Counted from the stretch's first letter, positions 1 through 13,015 are shown. The stretch: 64,000 bases of DNA from Antedon mediterranea (GCF_964355755.1 NC_092678.1:8634422-8698421), one strand, 5' to 3'. The notes: a model not told the origin generated them from the sequence alone. A program made the numbers and translations.

Positions 1-44
1 TGAATTGAATTGAACTGAAATTCGGATACAGCCTCATAATTTTG

Positions 45-870
45 AAGACAGCCCGATTTTCTTGACAGATTTAATATATGTTTATACAATTATATTGATT
101 TGCGATGAATGGAACATTCCAATATTATTATTTGGTTTAACACAAGTACCTGTAGGTAAATGTATGAGCCCTTGGAGAATGAACCTAAAACCTTTAGTTA
201 TAGTATAAACCATTTTGGTCGCCATTTGAATCGCAAATTTCTTACTGTGAGTGTGGGTAGGCACTATTGTTAGATAAACGCACAATATACAAATGAACTT
301 TGTTACTGATAGTTGCTACTCACGTTTGTATTAATGAATAAATCCCAAAAAAAGATAAACGTCGTAGTGGTGTATCGTTAAATGTACTTTACTATTTCAA
401 TCGATTATTTGGTCATTGTTCGAAAATGTCCCTGTTTTAACAAAGTATTAAATCGCAAATATTGTACTGTATTATTGGTATATTATTTATAGGCCTATAC
501 AACATGAAAAAAAAAATCGTTAGTGAGTGGATAAAGAATATATTTAAAAAGTGTTCCTCTTGTACCCATCCATCAACCCTAATGTTACATACAAAACACA
601 AATTGGGTTTGTTTAAATAAGTCCAAATAAAAAATGTGGACTCATTTTATGACAAATTTCTCTTTCGGAATTAGGTATAATTCCCATGGTGCTAATTTGA
701 GTTGACTACATAACTCATCGTGTCTATATTTAATTGTTTCTCTAAACGACAATGTATTATAATGCGGCGGTACGTACATTTGAAATCGCCATTTTTTTAC
801 GCTGTGTATTCGAGAACCATTTGTGGGCACGACCTGGATTGTACGCGAGCGAAGTTGATATACGACCTGG
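45..870 (+). repeat. Second copy of the Helentron-like repeat
   Basis: Colinear similarity with 17545-18470 throughout. Confidence 0.7.
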
Positions 871-1237
871 ATAGGTCATGAAACGTCGCTGTTTCTAAAC
901 AAGAAAGTTCAGTGAATTAGGCCCTAGATTGATATATTTTTTTTAAAAAAAAGCAAATACAGCAAAAACAAATCTGAGATACGTAAAATTACGCGAAAAG
1001 TTTAGTAGAATAAATATATAAATTATTTTATTTGAGAGTAGCACGATAATCAAGAGAATGATATTTAACATTCTAATTGGTAAAATATCCGTCTAAATAA
1101 ATCCACAGGGCTAGAAAAACATGCGTTACTCTTTATTGTTCATTTATTTTATATACAATGCTATGAAATATTTCCATTTTCAAAATCCATCCTGTAATTT
1201 ATTTTATATAATATACAAGTAATGACTGATTGCAATG

Positions 1238-2253
1238 CAATTAAACCTCTTATGGCGGCCACTCTCGGGACCGGGAAAAGTGGCTGCTTACAAGAGGTGA
1301 CCGCTTACTGCCGATAGAGGGCCAAAATCAGGTATTGTGGCTATGCTCGTTATTTTCAGTGTTCTAAACGAAATGGGCCTCTAAATTCTCTAGCTAATCG
1401 TATTTTATTGTTTATGATCAGGTGGTTTTGTAATATTTATGATTTTCAGACAAATTTTAAAAGCTTTTATCATACGAAAATGATCAGTCCAAATCTGTGT
1501 TGTTTTCTCATCTCATCTAAAAACACAGGACTATTCTTCACAGAAATGTTTTTAAAGGTTAGGTACGGGCAAAAAAATTCTATTGATCATACATTCCAAT
1601 AATTATCGATCTATAATTTCCCCTATGTTTCATAATTTGTGTTACACCAGCTTGTTGAAAATAAGCACTTTCTTATCAGTGGGGGGATAGTTCAAATTAC
1701 ACAGTAAAACCTCTATTCTTTTGTACACAGATGTTGTAAATATAGTGTGGTAAAAAATGTTATCAGATGATTAAATATGAGTAACATAACTTGAATTTTA
1801 CATTTCTAGTATTTTTATTTAACTTCAGATTTTTTTTTCATGCTATAGCACAAATAATCTACCGATATCCACCATTTTTTTTCACCTTCTAGGAAGTCAC
1901 CAGACATGTAATTACATTATGTTAAACTATACCTAACTAATGAAAAAAAGTCTGCCTTGTTTTTATAGCAGAATTTTGTATTTGACCATTTTAAGGGAAA
2001 TTCATTTTTTTTTTCGATTTGATTTATGTACAAATTTCAAAAAAGTAAATACGATTTTTTTTTTGGATGGCTGCTAAAAAATTCATATTTTTAGTAAAAA
2101 AAAGTGTCCGTGGCCGTTTACGGGAGGAGGTTGCCGCTTACGGGAGGTATAAAGTGCACTAGTTAGATAGGAAGAACAAACGGGCTTTTGAAAGTGTGGC
2201 CATTAAGGGAGGTGGCCGTTTACGGGATGCGGCCGCTTACGAAGGTCCAACTG
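1238..2253. mobile_element. Tc1/mariner-like non-autonomous element
   Basis: Right end ...GGCCGCTTACGAAGGTCCAACTG|TA with a degenerate left counterpart; repeated GAGGTGGCCGCTTAC subterminal motifs at both ends. Confidence 0.55.
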
Positions 2254-2871
2254 TATTTCAACGTGGCGGACGAATATTAAACATTTATTATTTGTTTTAT
2301 ATAACATCTAAATAGATTTCTGTCATTGGAATTAGATTGAATAAAAACGACGTATTCCTACATTTGAATCACATTGAAACAGTAATATTTATTTGGATTT
2401 AATAATGACATCTATTACTATAGTCCAACCAACGACCAAACAGTCTACTAATTTAACAGCTAGGCTAGATACCATTACGAAACTTCGACAGGCAACTGAA
2501 ACTCATCTAAGCTAATTCTGTTTTTCCCCAACGATTCCACTTCTTTTAGAGGTGTTCCTATTAATTAATCTAAATCATACAAACGATCTAAAGCCAATTT
2601 AAATGCCCTTACTGGTCTAATCTTTCTCTCCAAATGTAGCCTACTTCCGTCGCGATCCAGTCATCACACTCCATCATCGACGAAGGTACAAAATAGGCGG
2701 CGCTGTATTTATAAAAAATATATTTTCCAAACGAATATTTCTGTTCATATACTAAAAAAGTACTATTGAACGACCTTTCAATATTGCGTACTATTGCACG
2801 CATTGCTTCTGACCCACAATCGTCCAATCAAATGACGAGAATTGATCTAGGTATTATAATGGCCTACAGTA

Positions 2872-3889
2872 TTACATTTCAAATATATTGACGAGTTCTT
2901 CTGGAGACACGTTGCCACCTGTAATCACCACAACTACCGTCTTTCCAGAAACGTCTGGGACTTTATGATGCATGAGAGCAGAGAAGGCAGCGGCACCAGA
3001 TGGTTCGACCTTTAACCCCGCTTTGTAGAGAAGTTTCACAGCAGAGATGATTTCAGAGTCGCTTACAAGAAGGATGTCGTCAACAAATTTTTTGTTATGT
3101 GCAAATGAATATTTACCTTCGGTGAGAAAAATAGAGATTAAGAGTATTAGTCTATATAATATGAATTAAGTTATAGGTCTCCAAAAGTTAAAGAAGTGAA
3201 CATTAGTAATTGCGGGTGAGGTACAAAAATATTCCATAATTTTCATTCTATAATTATATCAAACATTCATGTTAGTACAGTGACGAAAACGAAACATTTG
3301 CCTACGATTTGTCTTACCAACAAATGGAGCAGATAGCCCTGGTGCAAAAGAGTGGCTTTTGTGGTCTGTGAGAGCCTTATCATTAACTAGACTTTTAAAC
3401 ATGGTACACGCTGCAAAAAAAAAACAAACTTTAAAATAAAATGTGGAAACTGACATGAGAACGCAACGCTACATAGAAAGCCAACAATGTACAATTATTT
3501 AACCGTACAAGTTTGTTTCTTTCACATCAATAATTTATGCCGAACTGATCACTCAACTTGAACTCCTTCTCCATGATCAGATTATGATAATAAACTAAAA
3601 ATGTTTCTTTTCACAAGTTTATGGAACATAATTTCGATGTACAGCGCTTTTGATAATGGTTTCAGTCTAAGAGCGCTATTTCAAAATTGTAATGTAATAA
3701 TAATTACCACATTTCTATAGGGACTATTTCATAAATAATCATACTCAAAGGCGCTTTACATAGCACATCTTTACCCCGGTCATTTTTTTGATCAAACACG
3801 TATGGAAACATACTCCCATAATGCAGCTAGTAATCAGCGCAGGTTGTGTCTTGATCTAACCGAGTACCCATTTTATACACTTGAGTGGT

Positions 3890-3920
<31 letters not shown>

Positions 3921-6889
3921 GCAAATGTAAGTTAAGTGGATTCGAACCACGATCAGAAACAAAACGTCCAACACACTGCACCACGCCCTAACATTATGTA
4001 GAACGTACGTAGATTTCTAGACAATTTGAAGTCACACAATGCCATGACATTGTAGAATCTGCATTTATCTACAATCACTGTCGAACTGAACCAAAATATC
4101 TTAAAAAGAATCCCATGTAGAAAAGCTCCAATGTAGGTCTTACCTGTTTCAGGTTCAACACCATATACTCTGCAAGGAGTCTGGCAATGTAATTTGATTG
4201 CTGTAGCTGTTCCAGCAAGTAAACTTCCTCCTCCACAACATACTATCACGATATCTGGATTAGGAACATCTTCTAGTATCTCAAGTCCTACACTGTAATA
4301 AAAGAAGAAAACTTCTTTTTTTAAACAACGTAAAACTTATTAAAAACGGTTTTATTTAGCATGATAGTAAAACCAAGTACAAGTTTAGGTCACTGTCCCG
4401 ACCAGCGATTTCTTGACATAGTCTACAACAATTGTATGAATTCATACCTTCCATGGCCTGCTATGAGGTTAAGATCATCCAATGGATGAATGAAATACAT
4501 GCCTTCATTAGCAACTTTTTCATCTACTTTACTTTGTAATTCACTGACATCAACCTTTACAACCTTTGACCCATAACGCTGCAGAGATAGAAAAAGAAAT
4601 TATCTATTAAATACGTAAATATGTGTCTTACTTATTTGATGTGAATAACAAAAACCAAAAAAAATACAATCTAAAAAATGGATTAAAAAATAAAATGATT
4701 GGATTGAGAATCATAGGTTCTGGTGAATCCACGCGGGTCTTCATTACTTAATAAAGTAAAGCAAACAGTCTTAAGCGCTTGATTCCTTGTATTTATAACT
4801 TTACTTTATTTGAGGGAGCACATGGCATCACAAGAATCACATTATTGGTCAAAGGGAGTACGCGCAAGTACAAAGCCAACCAAACCTCAAAACGGACCAC
4901 CGAAATACGGGAATCTCTATCAAACCGGAATTGTCAGACGGGTAACAGGAACTGCTGTCACAAGTGACATAAGTTTTGTATTTAATTTGCAAGTCATTCT
5001 CATTCTTTTCCTTTTGTTTTCACTATTTGAACCTTTCTTTTGTTTTAGGAAGCTATTGTGTGAAGCTAGTGAAGCAGAGTATTTGTGTTGTAGAGAAGGA
5101 TTGTGTGGAGTTTGCTGATTGGAGGAGAGGTGTCAGAGTTAAGTTAGTGTGTGAGTTGCTGATTGGTGGAGAAGGATAAGGTGGTGGTATGTGTACAATA
5201 GAGGGAATTTTGAAGGGGATGAAAATTGAGAGGAGACAGAGAAGGAGGGCTATGTTATGTTAAGCCAGAAAGAGATAGGTGAAGATTGAAATGAGAAACT
5301 AAGACGTACAGGAGAAGAAGTAATTGAATTATGGTGATATAGAGCTGAAGCAGAAAGGAAATAAAGTGATATACATAAAGTTAATAAATTGTGAGTTGGA
5401 AATAATTATGGTGATGTAGAGCTGAAGCAGAAAGGAAATAAAGTGATATACATAAAGTTAATAAATTGTGAGTTGGAAATAATTATGGTGATATAGAGCT
5501 GAAGCAGAAAGGAAATAAAGTGATATACATAAAGTTAATAAATTGTGAGTTGGAAATAATTATGGTGATGTAGAGCTGAAGCAGAAAGGAAATAAAGTGA
5601 TATACATGAAGTTAATAAATTGAAGAAATAACTGTTAGAAATAGCAGACTTAATTGCTTTTAAAGAATTGTTGAAAGTATTGAAGACTAACTTTATTGAT
5701 ACTGATATTATTTTACGTGGAAAAGGAGAAAGAAATAATTGATCGGGGAGCGGATTGCAGTGCAGACCGACATCAAGAAACATTTTAACTTTATATTTAA
5801 TTTATCTATGTCAGGAAAGAGTTGCAGTTTGGGAAGAATTATAATTGGTTATACCAGCGGAACGGGAGCAGAGGCGTGGGAGTTGTTTAGTTGCTGAATC
5901 GTTTTAACTTTTATCTTTCTAATTTGTTTTGTGTTAGCATCGAGACAGAAGAAGACAAGAAGTAACGAAATTGTGGACCTTTATTATATGTTTAATTGGG
6001 ATGTTATTGTATTTCAAAGGGGGGTTTCGGGGATTTATTTGACAATAAGAAGATTGTTGATATTTTGTCTGGAAGGATTGGGAAATTTGGGAAAGTGCAT
6101 AAAGTGTATTGGGAATAGGGATACTGTAAAGGTCGATCATTGTTTGAGAATTGGTTGGGTTTTTTTTGGTTTTTTTTGCGGGGTTTGGATTATAAAAGAA
6201 AGAATTGTTTGTCAAAGATTATTAAATTTATTTTTACATCAATTGCGAGTTGTACCGTTGTGGCTATTTACCGTTGTTCACCGGTGGTTCACATAAATTA
6301 CATGTCCGAAAGAGCCGTAGTTGCGGCTGTGTGACAACTGCATCTAAACTAGATTGAAAGGAACAATCCCCTAACGTCTGCTTTTAGAAGAGTCAACGAA
6401 ATACTTACTCTAATCAACACAGCTCGATTATCGGGCGCTGTCTTTGGCATTATTACTGTGGACCGAATACCAAGCTTATTAGCTGCATAACTTAGTGCTT
6501 TTCCGTAATTCCCGCACGACATTGTGATTACTGGCCAATCACCCTTGACAACTGCTTCTGGTAAATGTGCCATCTGATTGGCTAATCCTCTTACTTTGAA
6601 AGAACCTGAAGTTAAAATGATTTTAGTTCAAATGATGAACGTGTTTGTTTCTGTGGTGAGTGATGTTTAGCCGTTGTTCGTAAATAAAACGAAACCAACT
6701 AACAAGCCTACCTGTCATTTGTAAATTTTCTAACTTCAAGTGTAATTGGACGTTTTCCTTCATGTTAAATATTTGCTGACATCGATGGAACATTGGAGTA
6801 CGAATACATAAAGGGCTATTTTGCACAACAGTATAAGCTGAATTTAAGTTGTGTCTTGTAATTAAATCGGCACTAGTATCCCTGATTTC
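2872..6889 (-). CDS. PLP-dependent serine/threonine dehydratase / serine racemase-family protein, paralog 1 (6 exons; start codon not found)
   Basis: Manually spliced GT-AG exons: 6712-6889, 6409-6605, 4448-4578, 4144-4292, 3318-3410, 2872-3116 (TAA at 2872-2874). The joined frame is open. Motifs: KLENLQMTGSFKVRG (PLP lysine), MSCGNYG, HPLDD..IAGHGS.GLE, CCGGGSLL, GVEP, VEPSGAA, ITGGN. Confidence 0.9.
3695..3988 (-). mobile_element. tRNA-derived SINE with L2-like tail in a paralog 1 intron
   Basis: Minus strand: A box TGGTGCAGTG, B box GGTTCGAATCC, a (CT)n tract, CACTCAAGTGTATAAAATGGGTAC core and GTAAAGCGCC...(TTA)n tail. Confidence 0.6.
5325..5620. repeat. ~78-bp tandem repeat, ~4 copies, within an intronic insertion
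   Basis: AATTATGGTGAT(A/G)TAGAGCTGAAGCAGAAAGGAAATAAAGTGATATACATAAAGTTAATAAATTG repeated. Confidence 0.9.
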
Positions 6890-7018
6890 CTATAAAACAA
6901 AACATGATGTAAATAGAGCTAAGTTCTGGTTCAGATGTGGGTTGAATGCAGGTTTTTGGTATGCCTATATGCCTACTTTTAGTATAAATTGTATACTATA
7001 ACTAGCAAAGATACCCGG

Positions 7019-7136
7019 TGGTTTTGGTGGTAGAACAAGTCTTCACGGATAAGGAATAGTATAAACCGTAGTCCAGTGTATGCACATTGCTCGTGTGTAT
7101 TTTAAAGAACCTAGTACATCTTTCGAGACGAGTAGA
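7019..7136 (+). mobile_element. Fragment of the same SINE core
   Basis: Matches ~59500-59610 in reverse complement (GGTGGTAGAAC...GGATAAGGA...TTTAAAGAACCTAGTACATCTTTCGAGACGAGTAG). Confidence 0.7.
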
Positions 7137-7833
7137 CGTGGATAAACGTAATGGCGCCGTAGTTGGCTGCCGATGACACGATGTGACATTTAGGGGATAA
7201 AAATGTTGTTGAAGAGGTGTAACATCTAAGTCCACATCGCTTTGATCTTCATGAAATAGCGATATAAAAATGTCGCATTACATTACAGTTAGTTTCATTC
7301 AAACAATATTGGATGTCAATAGGATAATTCGGGTTATTCTTCTTCATTCCAGTCCTCGTTCTCAACCTTGTTTGTTTTTAATGTACTGTAGTTTAAAGCC
7401 TTCCCAGTACAATTGTTTTCATTTTTATGTAGTAATGCGTGTGAAATAATATGCAAAATGAATGTTTATGAGTTAGATGGTGAGAATTTATGAGTTGACA
7501 TGAAAATAGAGCAATATATTTCCACCGACTGAATTATTCTTTCCATTCCACGAATACAAAACATTCAATATTTGTTTTATAACACACCTACTTTTTTTCA
7601 ATTTATCGATCGTAAATCGAACACTAGGCCGGGAAGCTAGGTCATTGAAAAGGGCTCCAACTTAAATCTGAACACGGTAGATTAGAGCGCGCACGTAAAT
7701 GTTAACTTTAACGGATGACTTCAACATTCTACTCATTTGAACAACAGCATAGTTCTCAGCGAACAGTTGCGTGAACGTGCCGGTTCAATTTGATTTGACG
7801 ACAGGATTTATATGCCAAAATTTAGAGAGCGGT

Positions 7834-10800
7834 TGGTGAATTTTGTCCAAAATGGGGAAATTTCTGTCCAGAATGGGGAAATATTGTGTCCAGAATAAGG
7901 ACAAAAGCGATTGGTGGCGCTATTATCGTGTCCAAAATGGGGAAGCTGTCCAATATAGATAAATCCGATTTGTCCAAAATGGGGAAATTTTTGTCCAGGA
8001 TGAGGAAGTGGTGGCGCTATATCGTGTCCAAAATGGGGAAATTTCTGTCCAGGATGGGGGGAAGTGCTGTCTAAAATAGAGAAATTCGATTTGTCCAAAA
8101 TGGGGAAATTTCTGTCCAGAATAGGGAAGTGGTGGCGCTATATCGTGTCCAAAATGGGGAAATTTCTGTCTAGGATGGGGAAGTGCTGTGTCGGAAATAG
8201 GGAAGCTGTCCAATATAGAGAAATCCGATTTGTCCAAAATTGGGAAATTTCTGTCCGGAATGGTGAAGTGGTGGCGCTATATCGTGTCCAAAATGGGAAA
8301 AATGTCTGTCCAGGATGGTGAAGTGCTGTCCAAAAAAGGAAAGCTGTCCAAAATAGAGAAATCCGATTTGTCCAAAATGGGGAAATTCTGTCCAGGATGG
8401 GGAAGAACTGTGTCTAAACTAGGAAAGCTGTCTAATATAGAGAAATCCGATTTGTCCAAAATGGGGAAATTTCTGTCCATGATGGGGAGGCTGTGTCCAA
8501 AATAGGGAAGCTGTACAATATAGAGAAATCAAATTTGTCGAAAATGGGGAAATTTCTGTCCCAAAAAGGGAAGTGCTGTGTACCAAAATAGAGAAACTGT
8601 CCAATATATAGAAATCCGATGTGTCCAAAGTGGGAAATGTTGTCCAAAACAGAGACACTTTCAACAGAGAAATCTAATTTTGACAAATTTCTCCAGAATA
8701 GTGCTGTGTCAAAAATAGAGAAACTACAGTATACAATATAGGCCAAAAAAATCCGATTTTCCAAATTGTATAAAGAGAAACTGTCAAATATGTAGTGAAA
8801 TTCGCGGAAATGTTAAAAATGGGGATTTTTTTGTCAATAGCGCTACATCGTGTCGAAAATCTGTCCCGCATATTAGTCCAGTATGAAATGTAGCCATATG
8901 ATAAGTTGAATTTTTGCTATATTTGGTAAAAATTGGATATGTTGTAGAATAGACATCACTGAATATAAAAAGTATTTGCTTCATTTTTTTTCATGCGCAA
9001 GGGCGGTTGACAGCCATTTCAAAATGACCGCCATTTTGGATAAAATTGTTTAAAATATTGCAAGTTTATGACATTAAATGATGTTATCGAGATAGAAATT
9101 GAATCATAAAAGTAACAATACATTTTCAAATAATATTTCACATCATTTTTTTAACTAAAAAAGCCAAAATGGCCGCCATTATGCCAGCCATTTTATCTGA
9201 AACGGCCACATATCAATAAAATATATTTTTAAAACTTTTATTTACATATATTTGAAAATGATGTAGAATAGACATCACTGAATCCATTTTATTTCATACG
9301 AAAAGGGGATTGTCAGCCATTTAAAAATGGCCGCCATTTTGGATAAAATTGTTTAAAATATTGTAAAATTATGACTTAAAAGATGTTATCGAGATAGAAA
9401 TTCAATCATAAAAGTAACAATAAATGCTAAAATAATCTTTCACATCATTTGTGTAACTTAACAAGCCACAATTGCCGCCATTATGCCCAAAATGGCTGTC
9501 ATTTTATCCAATATGGCCACCATTTTTATCTGAAATGGTTTTGGTTTTCTTTATAGATTAAATACATATATAATAGTACCAACATAACAACATAATAATA
9601 ATTAATTTGTGTTTAATAACTTTACTTATTCGTCGTCACTTTCGTCATCACTATCACTGTCTGAATCGGATGTAGACAACAATGGTCGTATGTTGTTGCA
9701 GTTATTCTTGTCTGCTTCGCTGTTACACATCTCGGTACATTGTTCTTGTACCTGAAGGCAATACTGAGAACATGTAATTATTAAACATTCACATTCAGTG
9801 ATAGTATGGAAACCTGGTAATCCGGCTGCCTTTTCTGGTCCAAGGTTATAGTATATTGAAACCAATTTCAGATAAAAATTGGCAGCCATGTTGGATAAAA
9901 TGGCGGCCATTTTGGTTGAAATGTCAGCCATTTTGGCTTGTTCTGTTACACAAATGAGGGGGAAATATTATTTATTAATTTATATTAATATTCATTTATT
10001 GTTACTTATATGACTTAATTTCTATCCCGATAACATCTTGTAGGCCTAATGCCATAAACTTACAATATTTTTAAAAAATTGTCAAAAATGGCGGCCATTT
10101 TGAAATTGCCTATGAAAAAAATGGAGTAAATACTTTTTAGATTCAGTGATGTCTATTCTACAACATATCCAATTTTTACCAAATATATGTAAATAAAAGT
10201 TTTAACAAAATATTTGTCATAAACTTACAATATTTTTCACAGTTTTGTCCAAAATGGTGGCCATTTTAAAATGACTGCCAACCCCCTTGCGTAGGAAAAA
10301 ATGGAGCAAAAAGTGTTTAAATTCAGTGATGTCTCTTCTACAACATATCCAATTTTTACCAAATATAGCAAAAAAAATGCAACTTATCATAATTATGGCT
10401 ACATTTCATACTGGACTAATATGCGGGACAGTTTTTCGAAACGATGTAGCGCTATTCTTGACAAAAACTTTCCCCGTTTTAAACATTTCCAAATTTCTTT
10501 ACATATTTGACGGTTTCTCTTTTATACACGGAAAAATTGGCCTATATTTATTGGATATTGTAGTTTTTCTTTTTGGACACAGCACTTCTCTATTCTGGAG
10601 AAATTTGTCAACATTAGATTTCTCTGTTGAAATTTTCTCTATTTTGGACAAAATTTCCCCACTTTGGACAAATCGGATTTTTATGTATTGGACAGTTTCT
10701 CTATTTTGGACAGAGCACTTTCCCATCCTGGACAGAAATTTCCCCATTTTGGACAAATCGGATTTCTCTATATTGGACCAGCTTCCCTATTTTGGACACA

Positions 10801-11121
10801 GAACTTCCACATCATGGACAGACATTTTCCCATTTTGGACAAATCGGATTTCTCTATTTTGGACAGCTTCCCCATTTTGGACAGCACTTCCCCATCCTGG
10901 ACAGAAATTTCCCCATTTTGGACACGATATAGCGCCACCACTTCCCCGTCCTGGACAGAAATTTCCTCATTTTGGACAAATCGGATTTCTCTATATTAGA
11001 CAGCTTCCCCATTTTGGACACGATTATAGCGCCACCTATCGATTTTGTCCTTATTCTGGACAAAATTTTTCCCTATTCTGGACAGAAATTTCCCCATTTT
11101 GGACAAAATTCACCACACCTA
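7834..11121. mobile_element. Non-autonomous Academ(X)-like fold-back DNA transposon A
   Basis: Long inverted arms (~7834-9560 / ~9860-11115) built of TGTCCAAAATGGGGAAAT subrepeats; the right end is CTA. The centre (9626-9850, minus) encodes AAGLPGFHTIT(G)C plus a Cys-rich CTEMC segment and an acidic tail. This resembles the XPG-like and Cys-finger C-terminus of AcademX proteins. Confidence 0.75.
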
Positions 11122-11469
11122 TTAGAAAATTTATGGCAAGATGTTATATATTAAGAATCTTAGGCTGCAACAATTGTTGAATGAGGAGACTACTGTGCCT
11201 TTGGAAAACATCCTTTACTTTTATCTTAATAAATTAGGTTCAAATTTATTGGTCTTATACTGCCCAAATGTGGTAAATGTTGTAAATGTAAATGCCACTG
11301 TTTTACAAGATCAATTCAAACCTGATCTGTTTGTATATTGAATATATTTGGGAAAATCCACAAATCAAGTTGGATTGTATTATTGTACTCCTAAAAGATA
11401 TTCCTAGAAATGGTAAACTATAATAATATCAATGAGTGTAAAATAATTTTACCATTATTATTATTATTA

Positions 11470-11900
11470 TTTTTATTTAAAAATGGTTAAAAATAGAGAA
11501 ATATGCCTAATGAAAAAAAACGAAAAAAAAAAAAACCCCAAAAAGTAGCACTTAAATAAATCAGACCTAAAGACTAATTTATCATGAATCAGCAGCAGAT
11601 AGGGTACTAAGACATGAGTACATTTGTAAAAATTAAGAGAAAATTAACGTTAACAAAAAATACACAATTACATTTAAATGAAAAAAAAATGCAAACAGGT
11701 TTGCCAAAATCATACCTCCATGTTGGTTGTAGGACCCCGTTATAGGTATCTCAATTAGCAATATATCATCGACTAACAGACCTGTCTGTATTTATCTACC
11801 CAAGGTGGTATTTATAATAAAGTACGTCATAATGTTGTGCAAATTATTTTATTACCGAGTGCTAACTTTCCATGCAAAGTAATTGAATTGAATTTTAATT
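11470..11900 (+). repeat. Dispersed repeat, direct copy at 18838-19285
   Basis: Colinear match (AAATGGTTAAAAATAGAGAAAT...GCCAAAATCATACCTCCATGTTGGTT...GTGCAAATTATTTTTATTAC). Confidence 0.75.
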
Positions 11901-12439
11901 TAGGGACTTTTATCAGATGCGACAGATAACTATCTGGCGGCCGCCACTTAAGTATCTGTCAGCTGCCACATAATGTTCTGACACTTTTGTGGATTCTCTA
12001 ATACCAAGTTAATTGAAGCCATACCAGTTTAAATTTGAAGTATACGACATATGATTTATTTAGAGTGTCAATTGCATTTTGATCAATGAACTCCGTACAA
12101 TACAAATATGATGACATATGACGGCAAATACAATGTGAACGCAATTATTGAAACTTATCCTATTTTGTATATACCCTTTTTTCTAGTAGGTTATGATTCT
12201 TTAGGATTTGGTTTGGCTTGGTGTTTGTTCTGTTGTGGCATAGCCTATGCAATTGGTGTAATATAATCATTATTAGTATTGATAAATACGGTATAATAAT
12301 AATGCGCTGCTCTCACAGCATTTATTAGGTCTAATAAAACATCGGAAATTCGTTTTTTGTAGGCCTACACTATTTAAAAAGAACGAATAAATATATAAGA
12401 ACAAAAACATTATACATAATAATAAAAATACATTATATA

Positions 12440-13015
12440 AAAATTACTTAAACAGAACCAAATTATCTAGTAACGGTGTTGTTGAAAACTGTAATTGACT
12501 TTGGGATAAATGATTTGGAATAACGGGTTGTTCGCACACGGTGGGATTGATTTCTTATTATTAAGAATTATAATTATATAGAATTATATTCTTTAAAGAG
12601 GGGATAAGAAGGTGGTGATAAGATACGCTTTACCATAGAGATCACAGTATTTTCATATGTATATTTCATATCATCTATGGTCATTGCAGTAATCCTACAC
12701 GCCCTTCTATTTATTTTATTTAATAATGCATAATCTTTTTGACTTAAACAGTTAAACCAGATTGTAGAACAAAAATGAAATAGAATTATAGTAAAGTTTA
12801 AGAATTGTGTTGTCAATATTAAATTTTCTTAGCTGACGCATCATATAAAGTCTTTGTTGACCATTTTTATAAAGTCTGAGTGTATTTTGGTTCCATTTTA
12901 ACCGATCCTCAATAGTGGTACCTAAATATTTGAATTCAGACAAAACCATAATGTTATCATTTCCAATTTTCAGATTTCCATGTAATTTATTTTTCCGGAA
13001 GTCAATTATCATTTC
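12440..13015 (-). mobile_element. LINE (L2/Rex1-Babar-like) RT C-terminal fragment
   Basis: MIIDFRK...FKYLGTTIEDRLKW..NT...QQRLYMMRQLRKF, followed by a frameshifted continuation ending RTTRYSKSFIP. Confidence 0.8.

Noticed and set aside
2609-2827. 72-aa ORF downstream of paralog 1
   Set aside because: It lies in the expected 3' UTR and has no recognisable homology or splice support.
7808-11180. Many overlapping ORFs, including the 297-aa ORF at 10287-11180
   Set aside because: They are periodic translations of TIR subrepeats that stay open in several frames on both strands.
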